In this document: piece by piece, positions 42,754 through 57,217 of the stretch
How positions within the stretch are numbered: position 1 is the stretch's first letter
Layout of the letters: every line of letters starts with the position of its first letter
DNA from: the human T2T-CHM13v2.0 reference genome, Homo sapiens
Strand: one strand, 5' to 3'
Assembly (NCBI RefSeq): GCF_009914755.1
Contig: NC_060925.1
DNA length: 64,000 nucleotides
Translations under genes and position numbers: made by a program
Notes under the pieces: generated by a model
Database searches by the model: none
Seen by the model: the letters and a program-made list of their open reading frames with translations, nothing else
What the model was told of the DNA's origin: nothing

Positions 42754-44806
42754 AGAGAGAGCATTTAAACCAGCCCTAGCCAGAGGAGAACTATTAATAC
42801 CAGTGGTACAAACTTGAGTTCCCACAAACCTTACCACCATTAGGCCACGCTGCACTGGGTCTCTAAGTAAACTGGAAACACAGTGTAGACCATAAGGACT
42901 TCAATTGCTAGGTGAATCCTAGTGCTGAACTGGGCCCAGAGACAGGACTAGCGGAAATCTCAAGACCTACTCAGACAGCAGCTGAGGTGGCTAAGGGAGG
43001 GCTGACATCGTCCAACCCCTAACCCCAGGCTGCACATCTTACGGCACCAAAAGAGACCCCTTCCTTCCACCTGAGAAGAGGAGAGGGAAGAGTGGGGAGG
43101 ACTTTATCCTGCATCTTGAATACTAGCTCAGCCACAGGAGGATAGGGCACCACTCAGAGTTGCAAGGCTCCTGTTCCAGGCCCTACCTCCTGGATGACAT
43201 TTCTAGACACACCCTTGGCCAGAAGAGAATCTGTTGCCTTGAAGGGTAGGACTCGGTCCTGGCAGCATTCATCACATGCTAACTGAAGAACCCCTAGGCC
43301 CTGAATAACCAGTAGTGATACCCAAGAACTATGTCAAGAGCCTTAGGTAAGCCTATGAGACTTCAGGTGAGACTGAGTATATTACAAGCTGTGGTGGGTA
43401 CAAGGCAAAACTCCTTCTGCTTGAAAAAAGCATAGGGAAAAGTAAAGGAAACTTAGGCACCGGCATGGCCACAGTGGGGGAAGGGGGTAGAGCACTAAAT
43501 GGGCTCTTTAGGCCCCTGATTCCAAGACTTGACTCTTGGATGGCATTTCTTGACCTGCTGTGGACCAGAGCTGACCTGAAAGATCAGGCAGCATTCACCA
43601 CAAGTGGACTTAAGAGACCTTGGGCCTTAAGAGAAAACTGGCAGTAGTCTGGCAGTATCCCAGTATTCCCCATGGCCTGTAGTGGTGGTGGCCTTTGGAA
43701 AGGGGAGGGAAGAGTGGGAAAGACTGTATCTTGTGGTTTCACCGCTTTAGGTGGCTCAAAACAGAAAAGAGACTTTGTTAGTTTGGGGAAAAGTAAAGGA
43801 AGAGGAGTCTCTTCCTGGTAATCCAGAGAATTCTCCTGGATCTTGTCCAAGACCATTAAGGCAGTACCTCTATGAGTGTGCAAGAACCACAGGCTTACTG
43901 GGTTTTGGGTGCCCTCTAAAACAGATACAGCTTAGATCACAACACTCAAGTTCTTTCAAATAACTGGAAAGCCTTCCCAAGAAGAACAGGTACAAACCAG
44001 CCTAGACAGTGAAGACTATAATGAAAACCTAACTTTTCAATGCTGAGACACCAAAGAACATCTGCTGGCATCAACACCATTCAGAAAAACACAACCTCAC
44101 CAAATGAACTAAATAAGGCACCAAAGACCAATCCAGAAGAAACAGATATGTGACCTTTCAGACACAGAATTCAAAATAATTTTCAGGAAACTCAAAGAAA
44201 TTCAAGATAACACAGGGAAGGAATTCAGAATTCTATCAGACGAATTTAACAAAGAGATTAAAATAATTAAAATGAATCAAGAAGAAATTCTGGAGCTAAA
44301 AAATGCAACTGGCATACTGAAGAATGGATCAGAGTCTTTTAATAGCAGAATTGGTCAAGCCGAAGAATTAGTGAGCTTGAAGACAGGCTATTTGAAAACA
44401 CAAAGAAGAAACAAAACGAAAAAAAAAAAAAAGAATAAAAAACAATGGAGCATGCCTATAGAATCTAGAAAAATAGCCTCAAATGGGCAAATCTGAGTTA
44501 TTGGCCTTAAAAGAGGAGATAGAGATAGGAATAGAAAGTTTATTCAAAGCAATAATATCAGAGAACTTCTCAAACATAGAGAAAGATATCAATATCCATG
44601 TACAAGAAGGTTCTAGAACACCAAGCAGATTTAACCCAAAGAAAATTACCTCAAGGCATTTAATGATCAAAATCACAAAGATCAAGGATAAAGATCCTAA
44701 AAGCAGCAAGAGAAAAGAAGCAAATACTGTACAATGAAGCTCCAATATGTCTGGCAGCAGACTTTTCAGTGAAAATCTTACAGGCCAGTAGAGAGTGGCA
44801 TAACAT

Positions 44807-44959
44807 TTTTTGTTTATTTGTTTTTTTGAGATGGAGTCTCGTTCTGTTGCCCAGGCTGGAGTGCAGTGGCGTGATCTCGGCTCACTGCAAGCTCTCCCTC
44901 CCGGGTTCACACCATTCTCCTGCCTCAGCCTCCTGAGTAGCTGCGACTACAGGTGCCCG
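44807..44959 (-). mobile_element. 5'-truncated AluY (right arm only) with 16-bp TSD
   Basis: GAGAGTGGCATAACAT 44791-44806 / GAGAGTGGCATGACAT 44960-44975. Confidence 0.92.
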
Positions 44960-47900
44960 GAGAGTGGCATGACATGTTTAAAGTGCTGAAAGAAAATAAC
45001 TTTTACCCTAGAATAATATATATAGCAAAAATATCCTTCAAACGTGAAGGAGAAATACTTTCCCAGACAAACAAAAAGCTAAAGGATCATCAATACCAGA
45101 CCTGTTCTACACAAAAGGATAAAAGGAGTACTCCAGTCAGAAAGAAAAGGACATTAATAAGCAATCAAATCATCTGAAGGTACAAAACTAACTGGTAGTA
45201 GTAAGCGCACAGAAAAACACAGAATGGTACGACACTGTAATTGTGGTGTGTAAACTATTCTTATCTTTAGAAAAACTAAATCATCAACCAATCAAAAATA
45301 ACTACAACAACTTTACAAGTCATAGACAATACAATAAGACATAAAGAGACACAAAAAAAGTTAAAAAGTGGAGGCATGAAGTTATAGAGTTGTATTAGTT
45401 TTCTTTTTGCATATTTGTTTATGCAAACTGTTAAGTTCTTATCAGGTTAAAATAGTGGGTTATAAAATAATATTTTCAAGCCTCATGGTAACCTCAAACA
45501 TAAAAACAGAATGGATACATAAAAAAATTAAAACCAAGAAACTAAATCATATTACTAGAAGAGATAACCTTCACTAAAGATAGGAAGTAAAGAAAGAAGG
45601 ATGAGAAAATCACAAAACAACCAGAAAACAAATAACAAAACAGCAGGAGTAACTCCTTACTTATCAATAATAACATTGAATGTAAATAGACTAAACTCTC
45701 CAATCAAAAGACATAGAGTGGCTAAATGGATGAAAACACAAGACCCATTAACCTGTTGCCCACAAGAAACACACTTCGCCTATAAAGACACACATAGACT
45801 GAAAATAAAGGGATGGAAAAAGACATTCCATGCCAACGGAAACCAAAAAAGAGCAGAAGTAGCTATACTTATATCAGACAAAATGACTTCAAGTCAAAAG
45901 CTGTAAGACACAAAAAATGTCATTATAATGATAAAGGCGTCAATTCAGCAAAAGGATATAACAATTGTATATATAAATATATGCACCCAACACTGGAGCA
46001 CCCATATATATATAAAGAAAATATTATTAGAGCTAAAGAGAAAGAGAGGCCCCAATACAATAATAGCTAGACTTCAACATCCCACTTTCTCATTGGACAG
46101 ATCTTCCAGACTGAAAATCAATAAAGAGGCACTGCTCTCATGAAAAAATAGAGAGGGTGAGTAAATAAAGCACCTTCAACTGAAACATCCAGGTACACAC
46201 ATTGAGATTCATCAAGAAAACAACTCAACCCATGGAGAATGAAGAAAAGCAACGCAAGATGACCACCCACCCAGGAGTGACATGGAGCCAATGGAGCCTC
46301 CCCTGCCCAGGAAAGTGGCGAGTGAATGCGTGACCCTGAGAACCCATGCTTCTCTCACAGATCTTTGCAACACTTGGGTCAGGAGATCCCTTCATGAACT
46401 CACTCCAACAGAGCTTGCAGTCTGACACACTGAGCTACATGGAGTCTTGGCAAAGCAGCTGCTGAGGCATACACAGAGCCACAGGAACTTCAGATACCCA
46501 AGCTTCCTGGTGAATGCAGCTGCAACTCCAGCAAAGTGGGAGGCTGGACCCCTCTACATACCCCTAAGGAAAGGGACTGAATCTATGGGGCTGAGCAGCA
46601 AAGGTCTGCAGGTCCTGCTTCCATGGCACCTCACAGGATAAGACACACTAGCTTAGAACTCCAGCCCGCCACCAGTAGCAGTGTTATATTTCCCTGACAT
46701 GGATCTCCCAGACGGAGGGGTGGGCCACGATCTTTGCTGTTTTGCAGGCTTAGCCATTGTTGCCTTCAATGCAGCTACCCTACGAAAAAGTGGCCAGACG
46801 GCTACTTTTTACATGGATACCTAACCCCACTTTTCCTAATTGAGTAGGACCTCCTAACTGGAGTCACCAGCTACCCTCACCTGTATTTTCCAGCTGGCAG
46901 TGGTTCCCAGCCTCCCTGGGATGGAACTCACAAGCAGACAGACCACCATCTTTGCTGTTTCACAGCCTAAGCTGTTGTTACCTTCAGGCTCTAGGACTGA
47001 CTAGTGACTAGTGACTGGAGCAGGTCCCCCAGCATGGTGCAGCAGCTCTGTGGAGAAGCAGCCAGATCGCTTTTACATGAGGGTCCTGGATACCACTTCT
47101 CTTCACTGGGCAGAATCTCCTGATGGAGGTCTCTAACAACCTCCACTGGTGTTTTCCAGCCAGCAATAGTTTCAAACCGCCCTGAGATGGAGCTCCCAGA
47201 GGAATGGATGCACTCCCACCCTTGCTGTTTCTCAGCCTTAGCCATTGCTGCCTTTGGGATTTAGAGAGTCCAAAGAGACTAGAGACTGGAATGGAGCCCC
47301 ATCACAGTACAACTGCTCATAAAAAGCAGCCAGACTGTTTATTCACATGGGTCCCCAATCTTGTTCCTCCTCACTAAGCAGGACCTCCCAACCGAGATAT
47401 CTATCCACCCCGCTGGTGTTTTCCAGCTGACAGCAGCTTCAAAAGTCTGTGGGACAAAACTCCCAGAGGGAGGGCTGGGCTGCCATCTTTGCTGTTTTGC
47501 AGCCTTCACTGTTGATACCTTCAGCTGCTGAAAAATCTGAGGTGGTTATGGACTGGAGTGAACCCCCAAGAGACTGCAGCAGCCCTAGGAAAAAGTGGCC
47601 AAACTCTTTATTATGTGGGTCCCCAATCCTGTACCTCCTCACTAGACAGGTCCTCCCAGACTGGGTCTCTAACCACCCCTGCTGGGTCTATCAAGCCAGT
47701 GGCAGCTATGCAACTCACTGAGACAAAGCTCCCAGTGAGAAGAGTGGGATGCCATCTTTGCTGTCTCCAGGCCCTGGAGAGTCCACAGGAACCATGGCGT
47801 GGTTTGGACCCCTAGCACAGAGCACTCATCTGAAAGAAAGGTGGCCAGACTTTTCTCCATGCAGGTCCCAGTCCTCACTTTTACTCACTGGACAGGGGCA

Positions 47901-50676
47901 CCCAACCTGGGGTTCCAAAACAATCCCCCTGCCTCCACCTGACCACTTCAATCAGTGGCAGCCCAGCAGTTAAAGGAACACTCACACACAGACACACAGA
48001 GATGGGGAAAAAGCCAATGCAAGAACTCCGGCAACTCAAATGGCCAGAGTATCTTATGTCCTCCAAATCACTGCACTAGTTTTCCAACAGGCATTCTTAA
48101 CCAGGAAGAACTGGCTGAAATGACAGAAATACAATTTGGACTATAGATAAAAATTATTGACATTCAGGAGAATGGCAAAACCCAGTCCAAAAACACTATA
48201 GAAACAATAGAGGAGCTGACAAATAAAATAGCAAGGAAAAAAAAACCCTAATTGACTTCATAGAGCTGAAAAACACACTACAAGAATTTCACAATGCAGT
48301 CACAAGTATTAACAGCAGAATAGACTAACCAGAGGAAAGAATCTCAACAGGTGAACACTGGCTCTCTGAAATAAGACAGACAAAAATAAAGAAAAAAGAA
48401 TGAAAGGGAACAAACAAAACCTCTGAAAAATATCGAATTTTGCAAAGAGGCCAAATCTATGAATCATTGTCATCCCTGAAAGAGGAGGAGAGAAAGCAGC
48501 AACTTAGAAAACATATTTCAGGATATCATATATTAACACTTACCCAACCTCACTAGAGAGTCCAAAGTTCAAATACAGGAAATGCAGAGAACCCCTACAA
48601 GATACTACACAAAAGATCATCCCCAAAACACATAATCATTAGATTTTCCAAGGTCAAAATGAAAGGCAAAATGTTAAAGGCGGCTAGAAAGAAAGGGCAG
48701 GTTGCCTACAAATGGAAAACCCCATCAAGCTAACAGCAGACCTCTCAGCAGAAACCCTACAATCCAGAAGAGATTAGGGGCCCATATTTACCATTCTTTA
48801 AAAAAAAAAAATCTTCAACCAAAAATTTCATATCTAGCCACATTTAGCCTCATAAGTGAAGAAGAAAAAAGATCCTTCCCAGACAAGCAAATGTTGAGAG
48901 AATTCATTACCACCAGATCTGCCTTACAAGAGCTCCTAAAAATCACACAAAATATAGAAAGGAAAGATGATTACCACTGAAATACCCAAACCAGACACTA
49001 CAAAGCAACCACACAAACAAGTCTGCATAACAACCACCTAACAACGTGATGACAGGATCAAATCCCCACATATCAATACTAAATGTAAATCAGCAATACT
49101 TGAATGTAAATGGGCTAAATGTCCCAATTAAAACACACAGAGTAACAAGCTGGATAAAAGAGCAAGACCTAATGGTATGCTATCTTCAGGAGATCCATCT
49201 CACATGGCATGAGATCCATCTCACACCAAGAGGTTCAAAGTAAAGTGATGAAGGAAAATCTATCAAGCAAATGGAAATCAAAAAAAGCAGGGGTTACAAT
49301 CTTAATTTTAGACAAAACAGACTTTAAATCAACAAAGATAAAAAAAGACAAGAACATTACATAATGGAAAAGGGTTCAGTTCAACAAGAAGATCTAATTA
49401 TACTAAATATACATGCATCTGACACAGGAGCTCCCAGATTCATAAAGCAAGTTCTTAGAGACCTATGAAGAGACTTAGACTCCCACACAATAATAGTGGG
49501 AGACCTCAACACTTCACTGACAGTGTTAGACAGATCATCAAGGCAGAAAATTAACAAAGATACTCAGGACCTGAACTCAGCAATTGACCAAATGGACTTA
49601 ACAGACATCTACAGAATGCTCCATCAAAAAAACAACAGAATATATATTCTTCTCATTGCCACATGGTACATACTCTAAAATCGACCACACAATTGGACGT
49701 AAAACAATCCTCAGGAAATTTTTAAAAACCAAAATTATACCATCCACACTCTCAGATCTCAGGCTACAGAACAATAAAAATAGAATATGAAGAAAATTGC
49801 TCAATCCCATACATTTACATGGAAATTAAATAACCTGCCCTTGAATGACTTTTGGGAAAATAATGAAATTAAGGCAGAAATCAAGAAGTTCTCTGAAACT
49901 GATGGGAACAAAGATACAACATACCAGAATCTCTGCAACATAGCTAAGGCAGTGTTAAGAGGGAAATTTACAGCATTAAATGCCCACACCAAAAAGTTAC
50001 AAAGATCTCAAATTAACCACCTAAAATCACAACTAGAAGAAATAGAGAAGCAAGAGCAAACTAACCCCAAAGTTAGCAGAAGACAAGAAACAACCAAAAT
50101 CAGAGCTGAACTGAAAGAGACTGAGACACGAAAAACCATACAAAAGACCAACAAATCCAGGCGTTGGATTTTTGAAAAAATTACTAATATAGATAGACCA
50201 CTAGTCAGTCTAATAAAGAAAAAGAGAGAAGACCCAAATAAACACAATTAGAAATTACCAAGGGGATGTTACCACTGACTCCACAGAAATACAAACAACC
50301 ATGGAGATTACTGCAAACACCTCTATGCACACAAACTAGAAAACCTAGAAGAGATGGATGAATTCCAGGACAGACATACATGCTCACGACTGAACCAGGA
50401 AGAAATGGATTCCCTGAACAGGCCAATAACAAGCTCTGAAACTGAAATTAAATCATTAATACATAGCTTTCCAACCCCCAGCTGCCCAAAAAAGCCTAGG
50501 ACCAGAAGGATTCACAGTCAAATTCTCCCAGATGTACAAAGAAGAGCTGGTACTATCCTTACTGAAACTTTTCCAAAAAATTGAGAAAGAGGGATTCCTC
50601 CTGAACTCATTCTAGGAAGGCAGCATCTTCCCAATACCAAAACCTGGCAGAGACACAATAATAAAAGAAAACATCA

Positions 50677-51093
<417 letters not shown>

Positions 51094-52755
51094 TCAAGTA
51101 GGCTTTATCCCTGGGACGCAAGGTTGGTTCGATATATGCAAATCCATAAATATGATTCATCATATAAACAGAACTAAACACAAAAACCACATGATTATCT
51201 CAACAGATGCAGCAAAGGCATTTGACAAAATCCACCATTGTTTCACGTTAAAAACTCTCAATAAACTAGGTATAGAAGAAACATACTTTAAAATACAAAG
51301 TATTGCACTTGTACAAAGAAGAGCTGGTATCATTCCTGCTAAAATGATAAGAGCCACCTATGACAAACCTACAGCCAACATCATACTGAATGGGCAAAAT
51401 CTGGAACCATAGCCCTTGAAAACTGACACAAGACAAAGATACCCTCCCTCGCCACTCCTATTCAACATTGTATTGGAAATCCTGGCCAGAGCAATGAGGC
51501 AAGAGAAAGAAATCAAGGGCTTCCAAATAGGAAGAGGGAAAGTCAAACTATCCCTGTTTGTAGATGACATGATTCTATATATAAAAAACCCAAAAGTCTC
51601 AGCCTAAAAGCTCCTTGAGCTGATAAACAACTTTGGCAAAGTCTTAGGATACAGAATAAATGTACAAAAATCACTAGCATTTCTGTACCCCAACAGCATC
51701 CAAACCAATAGTGGAATCAGTAATGAAATGCCATTCTCAACTGCCACAAAAAGAACAAAATACCCAGGAATATAGCTAACCAGGGAGGTGAAAGATCTCT
51801 ACAATTAGACTGCTCAAAGAAATGAGATGACACAAACAAATAGAAAAACATTCATTCTCATGGATAGGAAGAATCAGTCTTGTTAAAATGGCTATACTGC
51901 CCAAAGCAATTTATAGATTCAATGCTGTTCAGTCAAACTACCAATGACATTCTTCCAATGTCAAACTACCAATGACAGAACTAGAGAAAAACTATTTTAA
52001 AATTCATATGGAACCAAAAAAGAGCCTACATAGCCAAGACAATCCTAAGCAAAAAGTACAAAGCTAGAGGCATCACATTACCCAACTTCAAACTATGCTA
52101 CTGGGCTCTTGTAACCAAACAGCAAGACACTGGTACAAAAACAGACATACAGACCAAGGGAACAGAATAGAGAGCCCAGAAATAAGGATACACACCTACA
52201 ACTATCCTGATCTTTGAAAAAGTTGACAAAAACAAGCAATGAGGAAAGGACTCCCTATTCAATAGATGGTGCTGGGATAACTGGCTAGCCATGTGCAGAA
52301 GATTGAAACTGGATCCCTTCTTTGCACCGTATACAAAAATCAACTTGAGATGAATTAAAGATTTTAAATGTAAAACATAAAACTATAAAAATCCTGGAAG
52401 ATAGCCTAAGAAATACCATTCTGGATATAGGAAAGGGCAAAGATTTCATGATGAAGACACCAAAAGCAATCGCAACAAAAGCAAAAATTGACAAATGGGA
52501 TCTAACTAAACTAAAGAGCTTCAGCACAGCAAAAGAAACTATCAACAGAGTAAACAGACAACCTACAGAATGGGAAAAAGTATTTGCAAACTATACATCT
52601 GACAAAGGTCTAATATCTATCATCTATGAGGAACTTAAATTTACAAGAAAAAAAATATAACTTCATTAAAAAGTGGACAAAGGACATGAACAGGCACTTT
52701 TCAAAAGAAGACATACACATGGCCAACAAGCATATGAAAAAATGTTCAATATCAA

Positions 52756-55037
52756 TAATATGGTTTGACAGTGTCCCTACCCAAATGTCAACTTGAATTG
52801 TAACTCCCAGAATTCCCATGTGTTCTGGAAGAGACCCAGGTGGAGGTAATTGAATCATGGGGGCTGGTCGTTCCTGTGCTATTCTTGTGATATTGAATAA
52901 GTCTCACAAGATCTGATGGGTTTATCAGGGGTTTCCACTTTTGCTTCTTCCTCATTTTCTCTTGCCATTGCCATGTAAGAAGTGCCTTTCACCTCCCACC
53001 ATGATTCTGAGGCCTCTCCAGCCATGTGGAACTGTAAATCCAATTAAACCTCTTTTTCTTCTCAGTCTTGGGTATGTCTTTATCAGCAGTGTGAAAAAGC
53101 ACTAATACAATAAATTGGTACCAGTAGAGTGGGGCATTGCTGAAAATATACCTAAAAATGTGGAAACAACTTTGGAACTGGGTAACAGGCAGAGATTGGA
53201 ACAGTTTGGAGGGCTCAGAAGAAGATAAGAAAATGTGGGGAAATTTGGAACTTCCTATAGACTTTTTGAATGGCTTTGCCCAAAATGCTGATAGTGATAT
53301 GGACAATAAGGTCCAGGCTGAGGTGATCTCAGATAGAGATGAAGAATTTTTTGGGAACTGGAGTAAAGGTGACTCTTGTTATGTATTAGCAAAAAGACTG
53401 GAGGCATTGTGCCCCTGCCCTAGAGATTTCTGGAACTTTGAACTTGAGAGAGATGATTTAGGGTATCTGATGGAAGAAATTTCTAAGCAGCAAAGCATTC
53501 AAGAGGTGACTTGGGTGCTGTTAAAGGCATTCAGCTTTATAAGGGAAGCAGCACATAAAAGTTTGAAAATTTGCAGCCTGACTATGCGATAGAAAAGAAA
53601 ACCCCATTTTCTTGGGAGAAATCCAAGCCAGCTGCAGAAATTTGCATAAGTAGCAAGGAGCCTAATGTTAATCCCCAAGACCATGGGAAAAATGTCTGCA
53701 GGCCATGGCAGAGACATTCAAGGCAGCCCCTCCCATCACAGGCCTGGAGGCCCAGAAGGAAAAACTGGCTTCCTGGGCCAGGCCCAGGGTCCCCATGCTG
53801 CATGCAGCCTAGAGACTTAGTGACCTGTGTCCCAGCTGCTCCAGCCATGATTGAAATGGGCCAATATACAGCTCAGGCTGTGGCTTCAGAAGGTGGAAGC
53901 CCCAAGCCTTGGCAGCTTCCATGTGGTGTTGAGCCTGCGGGTGCACAGAAGTCAAGAACTGAGGTTTGGGAACTTCTACCTAGATTTCAGAAGATGTATC
54001 GAAACGCCTGGATGCCCAGGCAAAAGTTTGCTGCAGGGGCAGAGCCCTCACAGAGAACCTCTGCTAGGGCACTGTAGGAGGGAAATGTGGGGTTGGAGCC
54101 CCCAAACCGAGTCCCTACTAAGGCACTGCCTAGTGGAGCTGTGAGAAGACAGCTACTGTCCTCCAGACCCCAGAATGGTGGATGCACTGACAGCTTGCAC
54201 TGTGTGCCTGCGAAAGCCATAGACACTCAATGCCAGCCCATGAAAGCAGCTGGGAAGGAAGTTATATCCTGCAAAGCCACAGGGGCTGAGCTGCCCAAGA
54301 CCATGGGAACCCACCTCTTACATCAGCATGACCTGGATGTGAGACCTGGAGTCAAAGAAGATCATTTTGGAGTTTTAAAATTTGACCGCCTCACTGGATT
54401 TTGGACTTACATGGGCCCTATAACCCATTTGCTTTGGTCAATTTCTCTGATTTGGAACAGCTGTATTTACCCAATACCTGTACCTCCATTGTATCCAGGA
54501 AGTAATTAGTTTGCTTTTGATGTTACAGGCTCATAGGCGGAATGGACTTGCCTTTTCTCAGATGAGACTTTGGACTGTGGACTTGTGGGTTAACGCTAAA
54601 ATGTTAAGATTTTGGGGGACTATTGAGAAGGCATGATTGGTTTTGAAATGTGAGGACATGAGATTTGGAGGCACCAGGGGCAGAATGATATGGTTTGGCT
54701 GTTTCTCTACCCAAATCTCAATTTGAATTGTATCTCCCAGAATTTCTATGTGTTGTGTGAGGGACCCTGGGGGAGGTAATTGAATCATGGGGGCTGGTCC
54801 TTCCCGTGCTATTCTCATGATAGTGAATAAGTCTCACAAGATTTGATGGGTTTATTAAGGGTTTTTGCTTGTGCTTCTTCCTCATTTTGTCTTGCCACCA
54901 CCATGTAAGAAGTGCCTTTCACTTCCTGCCATGATTCTGAGGCCTCCCCAGCCATGTAGAACTCCAAGTCCAATTAAACCTTTTTCTTCCCAGTCTCGGG
55001 TATGTCTTTATCAGCAGTGTGAAAATGGACTAATACA
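52756..55037 (+). mobile_element. Full-length THE1A MaLR provirus (LTR 52756-53109, internal 53110-54685, LTR 54686-55037)
   Basis: Two roughly 350-bp LTRs, internal start TAAATTGGTACCAG, polypurine tract CCAGGGGCAGAA, TSD ATCAA/ATCAC; host L1 resumes at 55038. Confidence 0.93.
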
Positions 55038-56292
55038 ATCACCAATCATTAGAGAAATGAAAATCAAAACCATAATGAGATGCCATCTCACATCAGTCAG
55101 AATGGCTATAATTAAAAAAAATAACAGATGCTGGTGAGGTTGTGGAGAAGAGAGAATGCTTATACACTGCTGGTGGGAATGTAAATTAGTTCAACCATTG
55201 TGGAAAGCAGTGTGGCAATTCCTCAAAGAACTTAAAACAGAACTACCATTCAACTCAGCAATCCCATTACTGGGTATATGCCCAAAAAAATATAATCATT
55301 CTAAGACACATGCACATGTATGTTCACTGCAGTGCTATGCACAATAGCAAAGACATGGAAACAACCTAAATGCCCATCAAGGGCAGACTGGATAAAGAAA
55401 ATGTGGTACATATATATCATGGAATACTATGCAGCCCTAAAAAAAGAACAAAATCATGTTCTTTACAGAAATATGGATGTTGCTGGAGGCCAATATCCTT
55501 AGCAAACTAATGCAGGAAAAGAAAACTAAATACCTCACGTTCTCACTTATAAATGGAAGCTAAATAATAAGAACCAGTGGGCACTAACGGGACAACAGAT
55601 ACTGGAGCCTGCTTGAGGAAGGAGAGTGGGAGAAGGAAAAATAACTATTGGGTACTATCTTAGTACCTGGGTCACAATATGGTCTCTACACCATACCCCC
55701 ATGACAATAGTTTGCCTATATTAAAAAACCTGCACATATACCCCTGAACCTAAAATAAAATTTTAAAAAAAGAAATCCATAACTCCTGTAAAAAGAAAGA
55801 CCACAAACTGAACCTCTACTACATTATCTATTAGGATTAATAGGTAGACAAATCAAGAATTTAAATACACATAATAAATATAATAAACATTCTCCAAAAT
55901 ATTGGAGCTATATTGCATATTATTCACAAAATGCAGGCATTAAGGTATAAAGAAGAACCAAGTAGAAATATTAGACATGAAATATATAATAATAAAACCT
56001 ACCGATGGAATAAATAGCCGAATGACTACAGCCAAAGAATGGTCAAGTAAAGGAACTCTCCCAGAAAACATCAGGCAGGAAGAAAGGCACAGAGATTAGA
56101 AATGAAAAGGTAAGAGACTGTGAAGATAGAACAAGAAAGGTTAACTTCTATGTAAGTCTTTAAAAAGTAGAAAAAATAAATGTCAAGAAAATATAAGAAT
56201 AATAACCAAGAATTTTCCAGAATTGGAGAGAGATGAAGCACCTCATATTGGAAGGGCTCAGAAAAAATATTTGAGAAAAGCTTACCTAAATG

Positions 56293-56412
56293 TATTATAT
56301 ACATTATATATATACACATATTATATATACACATTACATATATATTATAAATACATTATATATACATTATACATATACATATATACATTATATACATACA
56401 TTATAAATATAT
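56293..56412. repeat. (TA)-rich simple repeat (TATATACACAT-like units)
   Basis: tattatatacattatatatatacacatattatatatacacattacata. Confidence 0.8.
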
Positions 56413-56414
56413 AG

Positions 56415-56722
56415 TTTTGTTGTTGTTGTTTCGTTTTGTTTTCTTTTTTTTGAGACAAGGTCTCACTCCCATCACCTAGGCTGGAGTGCAGTGGCACTAT
56501 CATCGCTCACTTCAGCATTGACTTCCCTGGCTCAGATGATTCTCCCACTTCCCCCTTCTGACCCTCCTGACCACCAGGCCTGGGTAATTTTTGTATTTTT
56601 TTGATGGGGGTGGGGTTTCGGCATGCTGCTCAGGCTGGCCTCCAACTCCTGAGCCCAAGAGATCTGCCCACCTTGGCCTCCCAAAGTGCTGGTATTACAG
56701 GTGTAAGCCACCACTCCTGACC
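56415..56722 (-). mobile_element. AluJ
   Basis: Diverged antisense dimer. Confidence 0.85.
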
Positions 56723-56807
56723 ATCCAAATGCATTGTAATGAAATTTTAAAACATCAAAGACAAGGAGAGAAAAAGTTTTTTAAGTGTTCTGAGATAAAG
56801 AACAAAT

Positions 56808-57106
56808 CAGCTGACCCTTGAACAACACAGGTTTGAACTGTGTAGGTCCACTTATACAAAGATTTTTTGCAATAAATACAGTTGGCCCTCTGTATCTGTG
56901 GGTTTGTGTCTACAACCAAACAGACTGAAACTACAGTATTCATAAGATGTGCAATTTGCTAATACCAAAGGCTGACTTTTCATATACCAGGTTCTACCAA
57001 GGCAACTTCGGGACTAGAGTATGCACAGATTTTGGTATTGACAGCAGGTGTTGGGGTGGAGAGTGGGATCCTGGAACCAATGCCCGTGGATACCTAGGGA
57101 CGACTG
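56808..57106. mobile_element. MER2B-like TcMar-Tigger MITE
   Basis: Terminal inverted repeats CAGCTGACCCTTG ... TAGGGACGACTG followed by TA. Confidence 0.78.
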
Positions 57107-57217
57107 TACAAACAAGAATCCAATTGAGGTCATACGATGTAAGAAGGCAATGCAATAATATTTTCAAACCAATCAATTAAAGAAACTTTTAATCTAGAAT
57201 TTTAAACAAAAATACCG

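Larger units (their letters stand above)
42040..46126 (+). mobile_element. 5' half of an older L1 (L1PB/L1MA-type 5' UTR, ORF1, ORF2 endonuclease); 3' half absent
   Basis: ORF1 remnants (NQEEILELKN, ESLFKAIISENF), ORF2 start (LSIITLNVNRLNSPIKRHR); ends abruptly at about 46126. Confidence 0.8.

Noticed and set aside
53137-54509. Cluster of 140-168 aa ORFs as a host gene
   Set aside because: They lie entirely within the THE1A internal region and are frameshifted remnants of the MaLR ORF.
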